A stretch of 64,000 bases of DNA from Thermodesulfobacteriota bacterium (lineage in GTDB: Bacteria; Desulfobacterota; Desulfarculia; JACQYL01). This document shows, in pieces, positions 1 to 10,539 of this stretch. Location: positions 2,272,001 through 2,336,000 of the forward strand of contig CAXXLZ010000002.1 of the NCBI GenBank assembly GCA_963675595.2. The letters run 5' to 3'. Made by a program: the position numbers and the translations under genes. Positions within the stretch are counted from its first letter, which is position 1. Each line of letters starts with the position of its first letter. The notes under the pieces are model-generated. The model was not told the DNA's origin, did no database searches, and worked only from the letters and a program-made list of their open reading frames with translations.

Positions 1-1458
1 AATCTCCCGATTCATCACCGTCTCGCCGCAGTCGGCACACTGGAACAAAGTGATGGGCACTCCCCAAGCACGTTGTCTCGAGATGCACCAGTCCGGACGG
101 CCCTCGATCATGCCGTAGATCCTCTCCCGTCCCCATGAAGGCAGCCAAGTGACTTGATCGATGGCCTCCAGAGTCTTCCGCCGCAGGTCGTTCTTTTCCA
201 TGGAAATGAACCACTGGGGAGTTGAACGGAAGATCACCGGCTGCTTGCATCGCCAGCAATGGGGGTACGAATGGGAGAATTGTTCCTGGTGTACGAGATT
301 GCCCGCCTCCTCCAGTTTCTTGATGACGTGACCGTTGGCGTCGAACACGAACATGCCCGCGAAGTACTCCACGTCTTTTGTAAATTTCCCCTCGTCGTCC
401 ACCGGAGAATAGATGTCCAATCCGTATCTGAGGCCGGATTCATAGTCCTCCCTACCGTGTCCGGGAGCGGTGTGCACGCATCCCGTGCCGGCTTCGAGGG
501 TAACATAAGGGGCCAGCAGGACCAAGGATTCGCGGTCGTACAGAGGATGTCGGCACTTGAGGCCTTCCAGCACCCCGCCGTTGAAAGTATCGAGAATCTC
601 GTACCGCTCAATCCCGAATACGCTCATGCAGGCCAACAGCAGACCTTCCGCCACGATGAGAACCTCTTCCCCGGCTCTCACGGCAACGTAGTTGAAGTCG
701 GGATGCACCGCTACGGCAAGGTTCGCCGGAATAGTCCAGGGAGTGGTGGTCCAGATGACCATGGAAACCTTCTCCCCTTTCAGGGCCGGCACCCTTTCTC
801 CCGCGTCGGATATCATGGGAAAGCGAACGAAGATGCTGGGGGAGCGGTGGTCGTGGTATTCGACTTCGGCCTCAGCCAAGGCGGTCCGGCATGAGTTGCA
901 CCAGTAAATGGGCTTCTTGCTGCGAATAACGCCGCCGTTCAGGTAAACGTTGCCGAATTCCCGAACGATAATGGACTGATACCGCTGCGCCTTGGTAAGG
1001 TAGGGGTTTTCCCATTCCCCCAAAACGCCCAATCGCTTGAATTCCCCGCGCTGAATGTCGATGAAGGAGTCGGCGTACTCGCTGCAACGCTTTCTGATCT
1101 CAGCCACGGACATCCGGTTCTTGGCCTCGCCAAGCTCTTTTTCCACCTGATGTTCAATGGGTAATCCATGGCAATCCCAACCGGGGACGTAAACCGCGTC
1201 AAATCCGGACATCTGATGAGATTTGACCACGATGTCCTTGAGGATCTTGTTGAAGGCGGTCCCCATGTGGATGTGCCCGTTGGCGTAAGGCGGGCCGTCG
1301 TGAAGAATATAGCGTTCTCTGCCCCGGGAAATTTCACGAATCTTATGGTAAAGCCTGTTTTCTTCCCATTTCTTGAGCAGTTCCGGCTCGAGTTTCACCA
1401 AGTTCGCTTTCATCGGAAAGGAAGTGGTGGGCAAATTCAGTGTGCTTTTGTAGTCCAT
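1..1458 (-). CDS. ileS: Isoleucine--tRNA ligase (5' part; runs off window start)
   Basis: Manual translation from ATG at 1458: [20 protein letters not shown]...[24 protein letters not shown]...[18 protein letters not shown]...[16 protein letters not shown]. Not in the ORF track because it has no stop in the window. Confidence 0.97.
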   Translation of the reverse strand, partial: MDYKSTLNLPTTSFPMKANLVKLEPELLKKWEENRLYHKIREISRGRERYILHDGPPYANGHIHMGTAFNKILKDIVVKSHQMSGFDAVYVPGWDCHGLPIEHQVEKELGEAKNRMSVAEIRKRCSEYADSFIDIQRGEFKRLGVLGEWENPYLTKAQRYQSIIVREFGNVYLNGGVIRSKKPIYWCNSCRTALAEAEVEYHDHRSPSIFVRFPMISDAGERVPALKGEKVSMVIWTTTPWTIPANLAVAVHPDFNYVAVRAGEEVLIVAEGLLLACMSVFGIERYEILDTFNGGVLEGLKCRHPLYDRESLVLLAPYVTLEAGTGCVHTAPGHGREDYESGLRYGLDIYSPVDDEGKFTKDVEYFAGMFVFDANGHVIKKLEEAGNLVHQEQFSHSYPHCWRCKQPVIFRSTPQWFISMEKNDLRRKTLEAIDQVTWLPSWGRERIYGMIEGRPDWCISRQRAWGVPITLFQCADCGETVMNREI

Positions 1459-1521
1459 GAAGTCCTCCGGCGCTCCCCGCAGAATTCGAAATGCGAAATA
1501 GACCACACGGGATGGAGGTTG

Positions 1522-2589
1522 TCAAGAGTTGCAGCGTTTCGGAATGGATCTTGCACGATCCAGAAGGGCGCGGAGGAGGGCGTAGGTTTGCAGCACGTCC
1601 TGCTCACAGGCCAAGCTCACGGGAGAATGAATATAACGACAAGGCACGCTCACCACCGCGGTGAGGACTCCACTCCCCGACAAGTGAATGGCGCCTGCAT
1701 TCGTCCCCCCGGTAAGGGGCCGTTTGACCTGATGACGGATTTCCAGTTCCTTGGCAACCTCAAGAATGAATTCCACCAGTTCCGGCCGGACCAAGATGCT
1801 TCTGTCCGCCACGGTCACGGCGGGACCGAACCCCACTTGGGCGGGCCGGCGGTGCTTGGGAAAACCCGGCGTATCACCGGTGGTCCCTTCCACTGCAAAG
1901 GCCAAGTCCGGGCGAATCCGGTTCGCCGCGGTGGTCGCCCCGCGCAATCCCGTTTCTTCCTGCACCGAAAAATTGGCCACAAGAGTGTAATCCGGGGGTT
2001 GGCGAGAGAAGTGCTCCATCAATGCGACCAGCAGGGCGCAGCCCACACGATCGTCCAATGCCTTGCCCGTAAAGGTGCCGCCCGCCAGACGCGTAAAAGG
2101 TACGGAAAGCACTCCCGGAACGCCCACGGTGATGCCCAGGCCCTCCGCTTCTTCTCCGGAACTTGCGCCCACGTCGATGAACAGGTCTTCCACCTGGAAA
2201 GGTTTCTTCTGCTCCTCGGGCCCTTGGGTGTGGGGCGGCGGCGTGCCGATGACTCCTTGAACGATCTTCCCGTGCCGTGATAGCAACTCCACCTGATGCG
2301 CGGGCAGAACCCTCGTATCCCAACCTCCCAGCGTGACGAAACGCAGCCGGCCGTCTTCTTCCACGCAGCTCACCATCAGCCCCACTTCGTCCATATGGGC
2401 GTCCACCATCACGCTGAAATCTCGCCCTTCGTTGAGAACGGCCGAAAGATTCCCAAGCGCGTCGGTTTCCAGACGGACATCGAGTGCGGCAAGCCGCCCA
2501 CGTATGATGTTTCGCACCTCGCCCTCATGTCCACTGACCCCGAAGGCAAGGGAGAGTTGTCGGATGCTGTCCAATATAGAGTCGATCAT
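1522..2589 (-). CDS. M42 family metallo-aminopeptidase (TET/FrvX-like)
   Basis: Motifs GVSGHE, DAHMDEVG, KALDDRVG, VQEETG, RYIHSP. Confidence 0.9.
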   Translation of the reverse strand: MIDSILDSIRQLSLAFGVSGHEGEVRNIIRGRLAALDVRLETDALGNLSAVLNEGRDFSVMVDAHMDEVGLMVSCVEEDGRLRFVTLGGWDTRVLPAHQVELLSRHGKIVQGVIGTPPPHTQGPEEQKKPFQVEDLFIDVGASSGEEAEGLGITVGVPGVLSVPFTRLAGGTFTGKALDDRVGCALLVALMEHFSRQPPDYTLVANFSVQEETGLRGATTAANRIRPDLAFAVEGTTGDTPGFPKHRRPAQVGFGPAVTVADRSILVRPELVEFILEVAKELEIRHQVKRPLTGGTNAGAIHLSGSGVLTAVVSVPCRYIHSPVSLACEQDVLQTYALLRALLDRARSIPKRCNS

Positions 2590-3056
2590 GGATTCTTCAC
2601 CAGCCCCCTCACCGCGCGGAAAAGGCCATCCACGGTCAGGACCCCGATGGGACGGTTTCCGTCCACCACGGGCAAACCCGGAAGGTCCCGCCCCACAAAT
2701 TTGTCGAAGGCTTCCATTATGGACGCCGATGGGCTGATGCAGACATTGGCGTGCATCACTTCCCGGACGCGCCGCTTGGATTCAAGCCTGCAATGGCGGC
2801 TCACATTCTCCACGTCCAAATCGTCTCCCGGACGGCATGAGGAATCGAAAACGGATTTCATCCGCTTGAGAATATCCCGAACACAGATGACTCCTCGAAA
2901 CTGCTTTCGATCACCGTCCACAATAAGAACGCGGCAGGACGTACCTGAAGATTCCTGCTGTCGGAAACGCTCCACGGCCTCGGCCAAGTCGGCGTCTTCC
3001 GAAATCGTGTCAACGGAGGCGTCCATGAACTCCCAGACGTGTTTCTTGAACGGCAT
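2586..3056 (-). CDS. CBS-domain pair protein
   Basis: Two CBS-like units (V.EFM...TIS..A.L.EA; VREVMH...ISPSASIMEA...LPVVDGNRPIGVLT); 4-bp overlap with the peptidase gene. Confidence 0.8.
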   Translation of the reverse strand: MPFKKHVWEFMDASVDTISEDADLAEAVERFRQQESSGTSCRVLIVDGDRKQFRGVICVRDILKRMKSVFDSSCRPGDDLDVENVSRHCRLESKRRVREVMHANVCISPSASIMEAFDKFVGRDLPGLPVVDGNRPIGVLTVDGLFRAVRGLVKNP

Positions 3057-3124
3057 ACTTTATTTCTCTCGCAAAACCGCTTCCATTGGTGAAGGCGGAA
3101 ATGAGTGGAGTTCGTTCATCCCCG

Positions 3125-5689
3125 TTAGGACTGGTCCGCCCACGCCACCTGTCCCATGGCATAGATGTTCCCGATCAGTTTGTGGTAGGGAAGCACACGA
3201 ACCGTAGCCCCGATACTTCCCGTGGCCCGGGTTTCCACCTCACACCGGAATCGGTACACCCCGTGGCCTTCCTCCGCGTAGGGCTCCATTTTCTCCGTTT
3301 CCCTCTCGATGAAATCGCCTTCAGGTTCCAACACGCCATAATAAGTCTGTACCAGCACATCCTCCGGTTTGAGGTCTCCAAGCTCCACGCGCGAGGAAAT
3401 TTCCAAAGCCTCACCCACTATGCGCGTGGGGGGAGTCGAGGTGGTGACTTCGGTCACCTTCACTTCCGGCCAATGCATCATGACTTTCTGGCGCCACTGG
3501 GCCAATTCCTTGGCCTTGGCGAATCCGTCCTCCCGAAGTCCGGTCCAGTTTCGCGCGGACGGCATGTAACACTTGCGTGTATACTCTTCAACCATACGGT
3601 GGGAGTTGAACACCGGACAAAGGTTGCGCATGGAGAGTTTCAACTTCTTCAGCCATTGCCGAGGGAGACCGTCCTCTCCACGGTCATAGAAAAGCGGGAC
3701 GATCTCTTTCTCCAGGAGATCGTAGATGTTGCGGCTTTCCACTTCGTCCTGATACTTGACGTCCTTATATTCTTCTCCGGAGCCGATGGCCCAACCATTG
3801 TCCAATGTGTAAGCCTCGGCCCACCATCCGTCCAAAACGCTAAGGTTCAACCCGCCGTTGGCACTGGCTTTCATCCCGCTCGTGCCGCAGGCTTCCAGCG
3901 GTCTCAAGGGCGTATTGAGCCAGATGTCCGCACCCTGAACCAGGTATCTCGCCACATTGATGTCGTAGTCCTCTATAAAAATGACCCGCTGTCTGAATCG
4001 CTCCAGCCCGGCCACATGAACGATCTTCTTGATGAACTCCTTGCCCGCCACATCCTGGGGATGCGCCTTGCCTGCGAAGATCACCTGTACCTGCTTGTCC
4101 TTGTTGTTGAGAATCCTGGATAAACGATCCAGGTCCTGGAGCAGAAGAATCGCTCGTTTGTATGTGGCGAACCGTCTCGAAAAACCGATGGTCAGGCATT
4201 CCGCGTTGAGTACTTCCTGAGAGGATTCAATCTCTCTTCTGGAAGCGCCTCTTCTTTCCAGCTGCGCGCGAAGTCGAGACCGTGCGAAGGAAACCAGTCT
4301 CTCCCGGAGCCTTTCCCGAGCACGCCACATTTCCGTATCGGGGATATGCGTCACCCGATCCCACAATCGTTCGTGATCCGGATCTTCCACCCACCGGGGA
4401 CCGAGGTAACGATGATATAGATTGGCTACCTCGTCGGATATCCAAGACGGAATATGAATGCCGTTGGTGATGGGCATGATGGGCACGTCTTCCACGGGAA
4501 AATGACGCCACACCGGTTGCCACATCTTCCTCGACACCTTTTCGTGCAGTTTGCTTACCGCGTTGCTCGTGGAAGACAACCGAAGCGCGAGCACGGTCAT
4601 ACAGAACTCTTCCTGGCTGTCCCAAGGATTGGCTCGCCCGTAGCCCAGAAGAGTCTGGATGTTCAGCCCTAAAGTCGGCGCGTAATCGGTAAAATACTCC
4701 CGCATCAACTCGTTGCTGAAGTAATCATTGCCTGCGGGCACGGGCGTGTGGGTGGTGAATACATTGGACGCGATGACCAATTCTCTGGCCTCATCGAAGG
4801 TCAGCCCATGCTCCTCTCTGAGCATGCGGATGCGTTCAAGACTCACAAACGCGGAGTGGCCCTCGTTCATATGAAATACACTGGGCTCAATCCCCATGGC
4901 TTTGAGAGCCCGCACACCGCCGATGCCCAAAAGGATCTCCTGCCGGACGCGCATCTCCCGATCCCCACCGTACAGCTGGGCCGTGGTGTCCCTGAATTCC
5001 ACGGGATTCCGATCAATGTTGGTATCCAGCAGATACAGAGGAATCCGGCCTACCTGCACCTTCCACACCTGCGCGTAAACGGGCCGGTTACGAAAGGAAA
5101 CCTGCACGACAACGGGATCCCCGTGCTCATCCTTGACAACGCTCAAAGGAAGCTGCGGGAAGTCGTTACTGGGATAAGTCTCCTGCTGCCAGCCCTCGTA
5201 GTTCAGGTACTGTCGGAAGTAGCCCTTCTGATAAAGCAGCCCGACCCCCACAAGGGGCAAATTCAAATCGCTGGAGGATTTGAGGTGATCTCCGGACAAT
5301 ATCCCAAGACCGCCGGAATAGATGGGCAGGCTTTCCGCCAAACCGTATTCGGCGGAAAAGTACGCCGTGAGAAAAGTGTCCGGCGTATCGGCGTCCAAGA
5401 TGTTACATTTCTTCTTTCCTACGTAATCATCGATCAGGGAAGCGGCACGCTCAAGGTGGGCCAGAAATCCTTCGTCCTTGGCCGCCTCATCAAGCGTCCT
5501 CTGCTCGATACTGTTCAACATGCGTACGGGATTGTGTTCGCATTTCTCCCACAAGGAACGATCCAATCTCTCGAAAACCGAGTAGACCTCGGGGTTCCAC
5601 ACGAACCAAAGGTTGTAGGCCAGCTTGGTCAACATTCTGAGCTGCTCCGGGAGCGCCGGCAGCACGTTGAATCGAAGTACCGGTTTCAT
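3125..5689 (-). CDS. glgP: Alpha-glucan (glycogen/maltodextrin) phosphorylase
   Basis: AYFSAEYGL, YSGGLGILSGD, HMNEGH, RRFATYKR, PLP-lysine motif EACGTSGMK; 854 aa. Confidence 0.96.
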   Translation of the reverse strand: MKPVLRFNVLPALPEQLRMLTKLAYNLWFVWNPEVYSVFERLDRSLWEKCEHNPVRMLNSIEQRTLDEAAKDEGFLAHLERAASLIDDYVGKKKCNILDADTPDTFLTAYFSAEYGLAESLPIYSGGLGILSGDHLKSSSDLNLPLVGVGLLYQKGYFRQYLNYEGWQQETYPSNDFPQLPLSVVKDEHGDPVVVQVSFRNRPVYAQVWKVQVGRIPLYLLDTNIDRNPVEFRDTTAQLYGGDREMRVRQEILLGIGGVRALKAMGIEPSVFHMNEGHSAFVSLERIRMLREEHGLTFDEARELVIASNVFTTHTPVPAGNDYFSNELMREYFTDYAPTLGLNIQTLLGYGRANPWDSQEEFCMTVLALRLSSTSNAVSKLHEKVSRKMWQPVWRHFPVEDVPIMPITNGIHIPSWISDEVANLYHRYLGPRWVEDPDHERLWDRVTHIPDTEMWRARERLRERLVSFARSRLRAQLERRGASRREIESSQEVLNAECLTIGFSRRFATYKRAILLLQDLDRLSRILNNKDKQVQVIFAGKAHPQDVAGKEFIKKIVHVAGLERFRQRVIFIEDYDINVARYLVQGADIWLNTPLRPLEACGTSGMKASANGGLNLSVLDGWWAEAYTLDNGWAIGSGEEYKDVKYQDEVESRNIYDLLEKEIVPLFYDRGEDGLPRQWLKKLKLSMRNLCPVFNSHRMVEEYTRKCYMPSARNWTGLREDGFAKAKELAQWRQKVMMHWPEVKVTEVTTSTPPTRIVGEALEISSRVELGDLKPEDVLVQTYYGVLEPEGDFIERETEKMEPYAEEGHGVYRFRCEVETRATGSIGATVRVLPYHKLIGNIYAMGQVAWADQS

Positions 5690-6015
5690 AATCCGTTCCC
5701 TTCGTTTCGTTCCAAGTCATAAAATATTGTTCGGAAGTTTGAGATGCGATACGAAGATCACTCATGGTATGTATTGGAAAGCCGGGCTCAATGCAAGCCA
5801 TTTAGCAGACCGGCGAACAGTGCGGTCTCATGCGTTGTGCGTCATCCCTCGTCATTGCGACGGATTCCGTGTACGTTACACTTCTCGGGATTCGCGGGCC
5901 TTACACGTCATAACTTTTCACCGATCTGCAACAAACGGACTTTTTTAACGGGCCGAAGGTAGGCGGCGCACAATCGTTCTTCCCGTTATTGCCAACCTTA
6001 ATAAGGAACGAGGTC

Positions 6016-7011
6016 ATGCAGAACTCTTTGGGTCAATTGCTCCTTATCGGATTCCACGGTGTCGAACCGCCACAGGAACTAATGAACCTCATCGACGACA
6101 TCCAATTGGGGGGAATCATCCTTTTCAAGAGAAACATCGAAGGAGAAGAGCAACTATATTCCCTCGCCCGACGGGTGCAGGATCACGCCCGAAAGAGAGG
6201 CATTCCGACCTTGTTCAACGCCGTGGACCAGGAAGGGGGCGTCGTGGCCCGGCTAAGCGCTCCTTTTACCGTCTTTTCCTCCCAAGGAGAGCTGCCGCCT
6301 GAAACCACGTATGATGATTGTTTTCGGCGGGGGGCCCAAATGGCTGAAGACCTTCACCGAGCCGGATTCAATTTGAATTTGGCCCCGGTGCTCGATGTAT
6401 CCATGCCCGGCGATGTGTCGAAAAACGGCTTGCGCTGCTTCTCTTCGGATCCGACTCGGGTGGCCGAATTGGGCATAGGCCTGATCCGCGGACTACAGGA
6501 GCACGGCATTGCGGCCTGCGCCAAACATTTCCCCGGCCTGGGACGCGCGGAACGGGACCCCCACCAATCACTTCCCACGGTACCGGGTTCCATGGGACGC
6601 GAACTTATCCCTTTCCGGGCGGCTGTCGCACAAGACGTGAGCTGCGTCATGATGGGCCACGCTCTGTATCCCGATTACGATCCGGATCGGCAGGCGAGTC
6701 TTTCCCAAACGCTGATCGAGGAAGTCCTTAGGAAGGATTTGGGCTTCCAGGGATTGGTGCTTTCCGACGACTTGGAAATGGGAGCCGTCGCCAATCAATA
6801 CTCCCTGGCGGACTCGGTGGTGCTGTCCTTTGAAGCGGGTTGCGACGTTCTCCTTGTCTGCAGCCGTATGGAGGAAGTGGCCGACTGTGTGAAGGTCTTG
6901 TCGCGGGAAATCGAAAAAAGCTCGGCTATGAAACGGCGGCTGGAAGAATCCCTCAGGCGGGTTGCATGGGCCAAGGAGCGAATTGCCCGGCCGGGTGAGT
7001 TCCATTCATGA
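6016..7011 (+). CDS. nagZ: Beta-N-acetylhexosaminidase (GH3)
   Basis: GGIILFKRN, VDQEGGVVARL, APVLDV, KHFPGLG, D-x-H dyad (RDPH), SDDLEM. ATG 6016 chosen behind GAGG; the ORF is open from 5989. Confidence 0.9.
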   Translation: MQNSLGQLLLIGFHGVEPPQELMNLIDDIQLGGIILFKRNIEGEEQLYSLARRVQDHARKRGIPTLFNAVDQEGGVVARLSAPFTVFSSQGELPPETTYDDCFRRGAQMAEDLHRAGFNLNLAPVLDVSMPGDVSKNGLRCFSSDPTRVAELGIGLIRGLQEHGIAACAKHFPGLGRAERDPHQSLPTVPGSMGRELIPFRAAVAQDVSCVMMGHALYPDYDPDRQASLSQTLIEEVLRKDLGFQGLVLSDDLEMGAVANQYSLADSVVLSFEAGCDVLLVCSRMEEVADCVKVLSREIEKSSAMKRRLEESLRRVAWAKERIARPGEFHS

Positions 7012-7129
7012 TCAAGGCAACCATCGACGAGATTGGGGCGAAATACCGCCCCGGCGGGAGTTGAGGGCTTCGGCCGAGCCTTCCGTTCCGGAGAATCCGG
7101 CACATGACTCGGCGAGAGGGCGGATCGAC

Positions 7130-7495
7130 TCAGTTCACGGGCTGGTCGGCCGGCGGAGGAGAAGGACTCCGCGTTTTGGATCCCAGGCTCTTCATGTCCT
7201 GCAGCAGACGGTTGGTGGCCTCTTCAAGACGTACCAGGTCCTTTTCTTGTATGGTTCGCGCGTCCAGATTCTGCATCACCGTCTTCAGGCGCTCGAAATG
7301 ATCGATGGTTTCAGGATCCAGCAGAGAATCCGACAGTGATTCGTTCACCTCCAGGATGGTTTCGATGCAACTCTCGATCCTCAAACGATAGGTTTCCACC
7401 CGGTGAACCTCCGAAATCCCGGCACCGTCGGATTCCGCCGTTGTCGCCGGCGGTTTCTTCCTTCCCAAGTTCTTCAACCAACGGGATATTTTCAT
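7130..7495 (-). CDS. Hypothetical helical protein (121 aa)
   Basis: Fills the gap, GGAG upstream of ATG, amphipathic helical composition, near-consensus promoter upstream. Confidence 0.7.
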   Translation of the reverse strand: MKISRWLKNLGRKKPPATTAESDGAGISEVHRVETYRLRIESCIETILEVNESLSDSLLDPETIDHFERLKTVMQNLDARTIQEKDLVRLEEATNRLLQDMKSLGSKTRSPSPPPADQPVN

Positions 7496-7609
7496 GCGTT
7501 AGGTCTCCCGTGGTCCGGTCCGTCAATGCACCTCAGGGGTGGATACTCCTTCTTGCCGGACAAACACGCGAACAAACAGCCTCCTGCTTTCCGCGTTTTC
7601 AATGGCCGC

Positions 7610-7638
7610 ATTATAACGGAGGCCCCACGTGGAATCAA
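7610..7638 (-). promoter_or_regulatory. Sigma-70 promoter for the 7130..7495 gene
   Basis: Minus strand reads TTGATT-N17-TATAAT. Confidence 0.65.
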
Positions 7639-7736
7639 GGAGACCGAAAATAGGGCCTCCCTCGTTTTTCCGCCGCAGTATCCGCCTCTTTCCGACGATA
7701 CGTCCCGCATACGCCCCGTTGTTTTTTTTCTTTTTT

Positions 7737-7770
7737 TATGTTAACCAGGGACGCCTTGCAGGTTAACGAA
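7737..7770. promoter_or_regulatory. BirA operator (biotin box)
   Basis: TATGTTAAC-N16-GTTAACGAA matches the wwTGTtAAC-N16-GTTaACAww BirA consensus and lies 60 nt upstream of bioA. Confidence 0.85.
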
Positions 7771-7830
7771 ACAACCCCGAGGGCAAGGAGACGAATCATC
7801 GTTCGCCCTCCGCCCAAGACAGGACATTTC

Positions 7831-9210
7831 ATGAGCGAAAGCATCCAATATCAGGGTTCCGATCTCGACCGATGTGACCTTGATCATCTCTGGCATCCCT
7901 TCACGCAAATGAAGGAATGGGAACACTTTCCCCGACTGTGCATCGCCGAAGCGCGAGGAAACCATCTGATCGATACACAAGGCAATGCCTACCTGGACGG
8001 GGTCTCCTCCTTGTGGGCCAACATCCACGGCCACGGCCGGGAAGAAATCAACAGCGCCATCCGGGATCAACTGGACCGCATGGCCCATTCCACATTGCTG
8101 GGCCTGTCCCATCCTTCGGCGGTGCTCCTGGCGGAGCGTCTTTGTCGCGTTGCGCCCTCCGGACTGACACGGGCTTTTTACTCGGAAAGCGGCTCCACCG
8201 CCGTAGAGATCGCACTGAAAATCGCTTATCAGTACTGGAAGAATTCCGGAGCGGGTCCGGAAGCCAAGAACACCTTTCTCCGTCTGAAAGAAGGATATCA
8301 CGGGGACACTTTGGGAGCGGTGAGCGTGGGAGGCATCGATCTGTTCCACTCCATCTATCGCCCCATGCTTTTCCCCACCATCGCGGCCCCTTCCCCGCAC
8401 TGCTACCGCTGCGAACAGGGCCTTTCGCCCGAATCCTGCGGCATGGAATGCGCCCAACGGGTGGAAGACATACTCAAGGAGCGTCACGAGGAAATCGCGG
8501 CCATGGTGATGGAACCCTGCGTCCAGGGCGCCGCCGGGATCCTGGTGGCTCCCGAAGGATATCTTCGCCGGGTGCGGGAGTCCTGCAGGAAATACGACGT
8601 ATTGTTCATCGCCGATGAAGTGGCCACGGGATTCGGAAGGACGGGCTCCTTGTTCGCCTGTCAGAGGGAAGGAGTTACCCCCGACCTTCTCACCCTGGGC
8701 AAAGGAATCACGGGAGGGTATCTCCCCCTGGCGGCCACCTTGGCCACGGAATCCGTCTTCAAAGCATTCTACGGCGACTACGAAGAGCTGAAAACCTTCT
8801 TCCACGGTCATACCTACACCGGGAACCCTCTCTCATGTTCGGCGGCATTGGCTTCTCTGTCCCTGTTCGAGCAGGATCGCGTCATCGAAACCCTCCCTCC
8901 GAAAATCGATGAACTCAGCCGGCACCTCGCGCGTCTTGCCGATCACCCCCATGTGGGTCAGGTGCGACAATGCGGCCTCATGGTGGGGATCGAACTCGTA
9001 GAGGACAAGGCATCCAAGGCGCCTTTCCCCGCTCCGGTCCGGTTGGGCCACAAGGTGGCGTTGGGGTGTCGAGATCACGGAGTCATCATCCGCAACCTGG
9101 GAGACGTCCTGGTGTTGATGCCGCCCTTGAGCATCCGTGCGGAAGAAATCACAACCTTGTTCAACGCGGTAGAGGCTTCGCTGGAAGAAAACTTGAGGAA
9201 GATACCTTGA
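7831..9210 (+). CDS. bioA: 7,8-diaminononanoate aminotransferase
   Basis: HLWHPFTQM, DGVSSLWANIHGH, SGSTAVEIALK, YHGDT, DEVATGFGRTG, GKGITGGYLP, HGHTYTGNP. ATG 7831 behind AGGA. Confidence 0.95.
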   Translation: MSESIQYQGSDLDRCDLDHLWHPFTQMKEWEHFPRLCIAEARGNHLIDTQGNAYLDGVSSLWANIHGHGREEINSAIRDQLDRMAHSTLLGLSHPSAVLLAERLCRVAPSGLTRAFYSESGSTAVEIALKIAYQYWKNSGAGPEAKNTFLRLKEGYHGDTLGAVSVGGIDLFHSIYRPMLFPTIAAPSPHCYRCEQGLSPESCGMECAQRVEDILKERHEEIAAMVMEPCVQGAAGILVAPEGYLRRVRESCRKYDVLFIADEVATGFGRTGSLFACQREGVTPDLLTLGKGITGGYLPLAATLATESVFKAFYGDYEELKTFFHGHTYTGNPLSCSAALASLSLFEQDRVIETLPPKIDELSRHLARLADHPHVGQVRQCGLMVGIELVEDKASKAPFPAPVRLGHKVALGCRDHGVIIRNLGDVLVLMPPLSIRAEEITTLFNAVEASLEENLRKIP

Positions 9211-10373
9211 GCACCTCTTGGGAAGCGCACTTTCAACAGACCATCCAATCCCTGAAGGCCCGGGACCTCTACAGATCCCTCCGTTTCGTCGATCCGGCCG
9301 GCGGAGGCGAATGCAGACTGGCGGACCGGACCATGCTTTCCTTCTGCTCCAACGATTATCTTGGGCTCGCCGCCGACCCGAGACTGTCGGCCGTATCCCG
9401 CGACACCGCGGAGAAATGGGGTTCCGGGTCCGGAGCGTCTCGACTCGTTTCAGGAAACCCCAGCCTGTACCGGGAATTGGAGCACGCTGTTTGTCGGTTC
9501 AAGGAAACCGAGGCGGCCCTTGTGTTCGCAACGGGATACGCGGCCAATACGGGCGTAATCCCCGCCTTGGCCGGTCCGGAGGACCTGGTACTGAGCGACG
9601 CTCTCAACCACGCAAGCATTGTGGACGGATGCAAGCTCAGCCGCGGCGAGCTGCGGATCTACCCCCACGGAGACGTCGCCTCCGTTGAGACCATCCTCAA
9701 AGAAAACGAGGGTCGGTTCCGCAGGACTCTGGTGGTCACCGACGGCGTATTCAGCATGGACGGAGACTTGGCGCCGCTTCCGGACCTGATCGAGGTCTGC
9801 CGACGCCGAAACGCCCTATTGATGGTGGACGACGCCCACGGCACAGGCGTCCTGGGCGATAACGGCAAGGGAACCGTTGAGCATTTCGGGGTGAAGTCCC
9901 CGACTCTGGTGCAGGTGGGAACCTTCAGCAAGGCGTTGGGAGGGCTGGGAGGATTCGTCTGTGGATCATCACTTCTGGTGGACTACCTCATCAACAAGGC
10001 CCGCACCCTCATCTACTCCACGGGGCTGCCCCCAGCGGTCCTGGCCGCCAATCGGGAAGCGTTGAATATCGCTTCCTCGGATGGACAACGGCGAGAGCAT
10101 CTCCTCCGGTTGGTGAACATGCTGCGGTCCGGCCTGAGAAAGATGGGCTACGAGGTGCCGCTGGACCCCACTCCCATCATTCCCCTTGTGGTGGGCGACT
10201 CCGCCGCCGCATTGGCCTTGAGCCGAAAGCTTTGGGACCAAGGCATCTACGTGCCGGCCATTCGCCCGCCCTCGGTTCCGGAAGGCGCGAGTCGACTGCG
10301 CATATCCCTGTCCGCCGCTCACCGAACGGAGCAGGTGGAACGTCTTTTGGCAGCTTTGGCCCATTATTCATGA
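9207..10373 (+). CDS. bioF: 8-amino-7-oxononanoate synthase
   Basis: SNDYLGL, GSGASRL, DALNHASIVDG, DGVFSMDGD, DDAHG, GTFSKALG, IRPPSVP. TTG start overlaps the bioA stop (TTGA). Confidence 0.94.
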   Translation: MSTSWEAHFQQTIQSLKARDLYRSLRFVDPAGGGECRLADRTMLSFCSNDYLGLAADPRLSAVSRDTAEKWGSGSGASRLVSGNPSLYRELEHAVCRFKETEAALVFATGYAANTGVIPALAGPEDLVLSDALNHASIVDGCKLSRGELRIYPHGDVASVETILKENEGRFRRTLVVTDGVFSMDGDLAPLPDLIEVCRRRNALLMVDDAHGTGVLGDNGKGTVEHFGVKSPTLVQVGTFSKALGGLGGFVCGSSLLVDYLINKARTLIYSTGLPPAVLAANREALNIASSDGQRREHLLRLVNMLRSGLRKMGYEVPLDPTPIIPLVVGDSAAALALSRKLWDQGIYVPAIRPPSVPEGASRLRISLSAAHRTEQVERLLAALAHYS

Positions 10374-10414
10374 AGGACGGCGGTGAGGCCTGTTTGAGGC
10401 GCTTTGGATGGGGT

Positions 10415-10447
10415 ACGGGGGAAGACCCCTCGAAAGTCTTCCCCCGT
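10415..10447. repeat. Perfect 12-bp inverted repeat between bioF and bioD
   Basis: ACGGGGGAAGAC-N9-GTCTTCCCCCGT. Confidence 0.75.
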
Positions 10448-10539
10448 GAATGCAACCATCTTTTTTTCTTCATTCGACGAAGGGCGGTCCCCCGTTTCTT
10501 GAGTGACGCCCTCGTTTTCATGGAAAGGGATTTCTCGCT

